A DNA stretch of 64,000 nucleotides from Octopus vulgaris (taxonomy: Eukaryota). The translations under genes and the position numbers were made by a program. Below, piece after piece: positions 58,100 to 64,000 of the stretch. Location: assembly GCA_951406725.2 (NCBI GenBank), contig OX597825.1:78430001-78494000 (forward strand), given 5' to 3'. Position 1 is the first letter of the stretch. Each line of letters begins with the position of its first letter. The notes below the pieces were generated by a model. The model was given only the letters and a program-made list of their open reading frames with translations. It searched no databases and was not told the DNA's origin.

Positions 58100-58298
58100 C
58101 AAACTGGGAAAAAAATCTTTCTTTTTCTTCTTTTCTCTTATTCTTTTCCTTCTTTTTGTTTTCCTTCTTTCTTTTTCTTTTCCTTCTTTCTTTTTCGCTT
58201 CTCTCCTTTCTTTTTCTTCCTTATTTTCTTCTCTCCGCTTCTTTGTCTTTCTTCTTCCTCTCCTCTTTCGTTCCTTTCTTGTTTCTTTTTCCATTTCT

Positions 58299-58330
<32 letters not shown>

Positions 58331-58360
58331 TTCTTCTTCTTCTTCTTCTTCTACTTCTTC

Positions 58361-58392
<32 letters not shown>

Positions 58393-58505
58393 CTTCTTCT
58401 TCTTCTTCTTTTTCTTCTTCTTCTTCTTCTTCTTCTTCTTCACCTTCCTTTTCTTCTTCTTCTTCTTCTTCTTCTTCTTCTTCTTCTTCTCCTAATTCTT
58501 CTTCA

Positions 58506-58543
<38 letters not shown>

Positions 58544-58589
58544 ATTCTTCTTCTTCTTCATTCGTCTTCTTCCTCTTCTTCTTCATTCG

Positions 58590-58621
<32 letters not shown>

Positions 58622-58710
58622 ACCTTCTTCTTCTTCACCTTCTTCTTCTTCACCTTCTTCTTCTTCTCCTTCTTCTTCTTCTTCTTCCTTGCCATCCTCC
58701 TCCTCCCTTT
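58100..58710. repeat. (TTC)n pyrimidine-rich repeat
   Basis: Directly visible. Confidence 0.95.
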
Positions 58711-58969
58711 CCCTTGTCATTAATTATCTTCTATCCTCAAAAATACATTTCCTTTGTCAACCATCGCCATTGTGTTTTTAGACAATATAATGTCTTGTAT
58801 AAATGAGACAAGTCATTCTGCCGATCACTCTAATGTTACTAAGCGATCCCAATGGTCACCACTAAAGATATTTACTAACTTTTAATATATGTACCTATCC
58901 AAACAATAGGCTACGAGTTGTTATAATACTTCGATGAATGGGCCATAAAAGCGCTGAATCGATATATCT

Positions 58970-59201
58970 TGCTTTTATCTTTTACTCGTTTCAGTCATTA
59001 GACTGCGGCCATGCTGGGGACAGACTTGAAGAGTTAGTAGTCGAATGCATTGACCCAGTACATTTTTTAAAAGCCTGGTAAGCCTGGTGCGTATTCTATC
59101 GATTTATTTTGCCGAACCTCTAAGTTACAGGAACATAAACACACCAATACCGGTTGTCAAGCGGTGGAGGGAGAACAAATACATACATAGATTATATATA
59201 A

Positions 59202-59243
<42 letters not shown>

Positions 59244-59412
59244 TTAATATATATAATAAATAAATGGAGTTCAATATTTCACATCAACCCGTTGTTTCTA
59301 CCTTTAAAAACAAGGTGTTACGCCATTTTTACTCGTGTGATTTTTTGCTACCCTGGTAACTGCTTATCTATTTTTTCCGTGTTAATTGTAAACAAAGGGG
59401 AAAATACACACA

Positions 59413-59452
<40 letters not shown>

Positions 59453-59457
59453 CGTGT

Positions 59458-59509
<52 letters not shown>

Positions 59510-59625
59510 AACTTACTGGGAAATGCTATAGTAGAAAAAACTTGCCGAAGTTACCATGCAGTGGGGTTGAACCCGGGCCCTTGTGGTTGGGAATCAAGCT
59601 TCTTACCACACATCTATGCCTACGC
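58970..59625 (-). mobile_element. SINE family B pieces (3' half 58970-59180, head 59525-59625) separated by microsatellites and an inserted repeat
   Basis: Matches to 8830-9010 and 9130-9230. Confidence 0.7.
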
Positions 59626-59769
59626 GTATATGTTTACTAATTTGATCTTGTGATGTATTTGATGACCGAAATCTGTGGGGGTACCTGTTCCAGAAATCAT
59701 GAAGATAGGAGGGGTGGAGCAGACATATACATCAGCAGGAGACCACTCGAGACAAATTGGGGCCTGCTA

Positions 59770-60190
59770 CGTAGTTGCTCGTTCTACTAAAATTGCAGTC
59801 AAACCTCCCTCAAACTCTCAAGCACTCAAGTCCTACCATTTTCTAAAGGAACTAAATTATATTAACAAAAAATTAAAATATCGCAACTTATCGCGCTAAA
59901 ACTAATAAAGACAACGTTTGGTCTACTAAAACAGTAGCCAAATCTCCCTCAAACCATATCCCTGCTGTCTTCTGAAAGAAGCAGATACATGTCTACTGAT
60001 CAATGTAAACCTAGGTACATTATACCTAAAAAGACAAAATCGCCCAATAAGAGCTTCTCTGGAGTTAGACAATAGTAAAATCGACGCTCGATTTGCTAAA
60101 ACAGCAACTAAATCTCCTTCGGACAGCATATCACTACTCAACGCTCCCACTTCGTAATTTCCCTTCAATCTTCTAAAGGAAGTAGAAAAA
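59770..60190 (+). repeat. Three degenerate copies of a short repeat at ~150 bp spacing
   Basis: ctaaaa..gcagccaaatctccctcaaac...tcttctaaaggaa motif at ~59785, 59925 and 60095; related motif at ~13785. Confidence 0.6.
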
Positions 60191-61633
60191 AAAAGAGGGT
60201 TTTATCAAGAGCTATATTCCAAGGGACGTAACTTTCGATACATCCCTCACAATATTGCCCCCCGTCCCCGTGGCTGAGTATTGTCTTTTTTCGCAGAACA
60301 CACAAACCGTATGTGACATTTTCTCACTTCTCATAACAGTAAATAATGGCCATGTTATTTTACAAACCCGCCATCTCTGGTGGACACATATATTTATTGC
60401 TGACCAAAAATTACCCCTTATATTCTCCGATAAAGCTATATTTCTACATGCATCCATGTTAGTAAATTATTAAGGCCCATTCTACACATCAGGTATTTAA
60501 TTACTATAATAACCGATATAAAAGTTGGTTGGTTGGTTGGTTGAGGGATTGATTTCTCTGATCGTTTAGAGAGAGGGAATGAGAAAGAGTAAAAGAGTGA
60601 TACAGTGTGAGTTAATATAAGCGGTTCAGATTTGATCACAAGCAGCGCTGCTTTGAGAATCCTGTGTATGCAGAGTGCTATTACGTCAACATAATTTCAA
60701 AATAATCTGGAAAAATAATAGTACATATTTATTATACAAATATACAAATGAGAAATATGTTTTACTTAATAAGTATTTTCATGTTTATTCTTAACACGTT
60801 TAGGCAGGTTCAGATGCCAAATATGCTGGGCGTTGTAGTGTATGTCTTCTCCCATTCAGACATCAGTCTGTTCAACACACTCGGCTTCTTGTTGCACAGC
60901 ATTCTGGGACACCGGTGTTTTGACATGTTGTGTGTCGTCAAGCAGACGTAGCCGGAACTTTGAAACTAGCCATAGATACTGGCTTTGTTTATTTTAAGGT
61001 GGTATTTTTCGTTTGAAATTTAAAATTTCTTTTTCATCATTTTACATAAACACCAGAGAATTTTATAAGAGTTAAGTAATAATTATTTATGTATACCATA
61101 TGTCCTGTTATTGCTCATGGTGTTAAACCTGTATTTCCAAAGTTACCCGTTATATTACGGGTAGCATTCTGGATTGAGTATATGATAGCCGACATTTATG
61201 TCGGTTAATTTTTCCACTCACGTTCTACATCATATAGAGAAAGGGAGAAAGAGAGTAAAATAGAGATAAAGAGAGGGTTAAATAAGAGGCGTAGGATGGG
61301 TGAATATATGTAGCTTGGTGGCAGGCAATGAGTAATAGAATGCTACACACATACAAGGAGAAATTATCACAAAGGAGAGCAGGAGTGGTGTGATGTTATC
61401 GCATTTGTTTGCTTTCTGGTCAGTTGTATCCCAATATGTATCTATCCGTCTATCCATATGACTATATAAACTATCTGCTTAGTTACCAGTGTGTCTATTA
61501 GTCACTTTCTCTTTCTCCTATTATTATCTGTGTGTATATACGTGTTTTTGTGTGTCTATGTGTATGTGCGTACATGTATATATATATATGTATATATACA
61601 TGTATATATGTATTCTATATATATAAATGTATG

Positions 61634-61770
<137 letters not shown>

Positions 61771-62524
61771 GTATATATATGCATATATGTATGCATGTGT
61801 TATCTTCTACTTTTCCCCTTATTTAATTTTTCTAATATTTCCCCTCTTTTAATTTCGATTTCACTTACACCTCCCCCTCTTCATCTGCCTCTGTTTCATC
61901 TTCCCTATTTCCTTCTTCGAATTCTTTCATTCGTTCAATAGTTTGAGAGACCTAATTCCATTAACGACATACAATTGAATTTAATATCAATCGAAAAGTA
62001 CCATAAAATAACAATTTTCCAAATTATTTTTCAAAACCAGAACATCATTATCATTTTTTACCCTTTTGTTTTATAATTTACACCCGTCCTGAATCCACCT
62101 AAGCCGATATCCAACTACTTTCTTAAAATCCACTCGGATAATATAAAGATTTACGAGACTTCTTTCTGTCTAAATCTGGGATCCTTTAAGTTTTATTCTC
62201 GCTGTTCAACAACCAACCAAAGTATCTTAAGCTAAACCAGCTTAACAGAACTAAAGCTAATTGCTGTGCACAACATACTTTTAATTAGAATGTATTTTAA
62301 CAAAAATACAGTTAAACTAATTGAATTGATTTTAAGTCCTTTAGACACTAGCATTTCCTTCCGTTCTCTCCAAATAACATTTAAATACATATTTTTTTTC
62401 ATACATAAACAACAAATCTAATATGAAAATAGTTTTTTTTTCTGCCCCTTTTAATTGAATTCTATTTTCTTTTTCTCTAGACTGTTCACACTAAATTTTT
62501 CTATTATAATATTTACATGCTTTC

Positions 62525-62760
62525 TGACGAGGTCGAATTTGCCTTTCATCATTTTGGGGTCGATAAATCAAGTACCGGTTGCGTACTGGGATCGATCTAA
62601 TCGACTGGTCCCCTCCCCCCAAACATTTCAAGCCTTGTGCCTAGAGCAGAAAATAAAAGAAGTTAAATGCCATTATTTACAGCGTGGCACCTTGGACAAG
62701 TGTCTTTTACTAAAGCTCCGCGTCGACCAAAGACTTATGGGTGGATTTGGTAGAAAGAAG
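62525..62760 (+). mobile_element. SINE A fragment followed by SINE B fragment
   Basis: gaggtcgaatttgcctttcatcattttggggtcga, then gcgtggcaccttggacaagtgtctt...gtggatttggtaga. Confidence 0.75.
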
Positions 62761-64000
62761 CAAATCATGTGTGTGTGTCTGTGTGTATAATATATATATA
62801 TACATACATATATACATACATACATAATTACATACATACATAAATGCATGAATGCATACATACATACATACATACATACATACATACATACATACATACA
62901 TACATACATACATACATACCAATCCAATGTAACAGTATATTCTAAGACTAGAAAACGCGAAATCCTATGGCACGCACTGACTTTTCTACACAGGTTAAAT
63001 GTTAGCCTAAATTATTTTTTAAATTCTGAAATCAAACTTTCCACAGCACCATAGATACCACTCAGACTTTAACAAATCGCCAGTCAAATTTTCTTACTCC
63101 ACCACATCAAATTTAGGAAATATAATAGCCTATATTAATAGATATAAAATTCAGATTCAGACTAATACACACCAAAACCCTTGCACAGCACCCCGAATTA
63201 GTTCAAAAATAACAACAAAAGAACTAGTATAAACGGTGGCACAATAAAAAAAACCTGTAATTGTCGTATATCTAATGCATGCCCGCTTGGGAAGTTTTGT
63301 CTGTATAAAAATGTCTTGTAGAAACATCGAGTAAACACCAAGCATGGACCTACATAAGTAACACTTTAAATTTTCAACGGCGATATCGAGCTCACTTAAA
63401 TTTTTTCACCAAGATAAAATACAAATTCTCGACATTATTAGCCACATACATACATGATCTTAAATCCCAAAACATACAATATACACTGGATATTATAAGC
63501 TCCTCCTTATAATACAATTATATGTAAGTGCAAATTATGCTTAAAAGAGTCATTAATTATTCTGTCTACTCTTGCAAACAGGTTTTTTTCAAACATATGA
63601 TTCATTATGATTCTGGATAGAGGTGAGAACCAGCCTTCACACCAATTGAAACACTCCCCTCCTCTACCTTTAGAGACATTAGTAGCCTTATCTTATCGTA
63701 ACTTGTATCTCCTTCAACCACTCAAAACACTTTCACTCCCTGGTCTTTTGCGTATAGCTCTATACAAACACTAAGTAGGTAATTCTCATTAGAAAAAAGC
63801 AGTGCATATAAGCCTTTTTAGAAACTTATCTTCCCCAGAAACGGCCGTATGATTATTAACTGAATTAGTAATACCCAAACATTTTATCTTCTAGACTCTT
63901 AACTCTTTTTATGACTTCGTTTTATAATCTGTAAGTCGACCTATATATGTATTTATTTTTTCTATATACAGGGTGCGGCAGCAGTACCGTTCTTTTGGCA

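Noticed and set aside
63969-64000. ta|cagggtg start of a possible Tc1-type TIR
   Set aside because: Truncated by the window edge; only 7 matching bases.

Overview
AT-rich, non-coding metazoan DNA dominated by microsatellites ((TA)n, (CA)n, (TATG)n, (GATA)n, (ATT)n, (GAA)n, (TAG)n) and interspersed repeats. The repeat families and microsatellite density suggest an octopus (coleoid cephalopod) intron or intergenic region; this is my inference, not a search result. No intact protein-coding gene is supported, and nearly all listed ORFs are microsatellite translations. Recognisable parts are at least four tRNA-headed SINE families (my labels A-D), decayed non-LTR retrotransposons (R4/Dong-like, RLE-bearing, RTE), a Penelope-like element (PLE) remnant with a GIY-YIG endonuclease, Tc1/mariner, Chapaev-like and hAT-like DNA transposon remnants, a Helitron helicase remnant, and a ~0.87 kb inverted duplication. 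The most interesting signal is a set of short non-coding cassettes, several folded back on themselves and often lodged in (TA)n. Several carry minimal type-I hammerhead ribozyme cores (CUGANGA...GAAA...UH with a palindromic helix III). One is a tRNA-headed SINE with a hammerhead in its tail, and the decayed PLE has its own hammerhead. This suggests a family of PLE-mobilised, ribozyme-bearing non-autonomous retroelements. All coordinates and alignments were read by eye.
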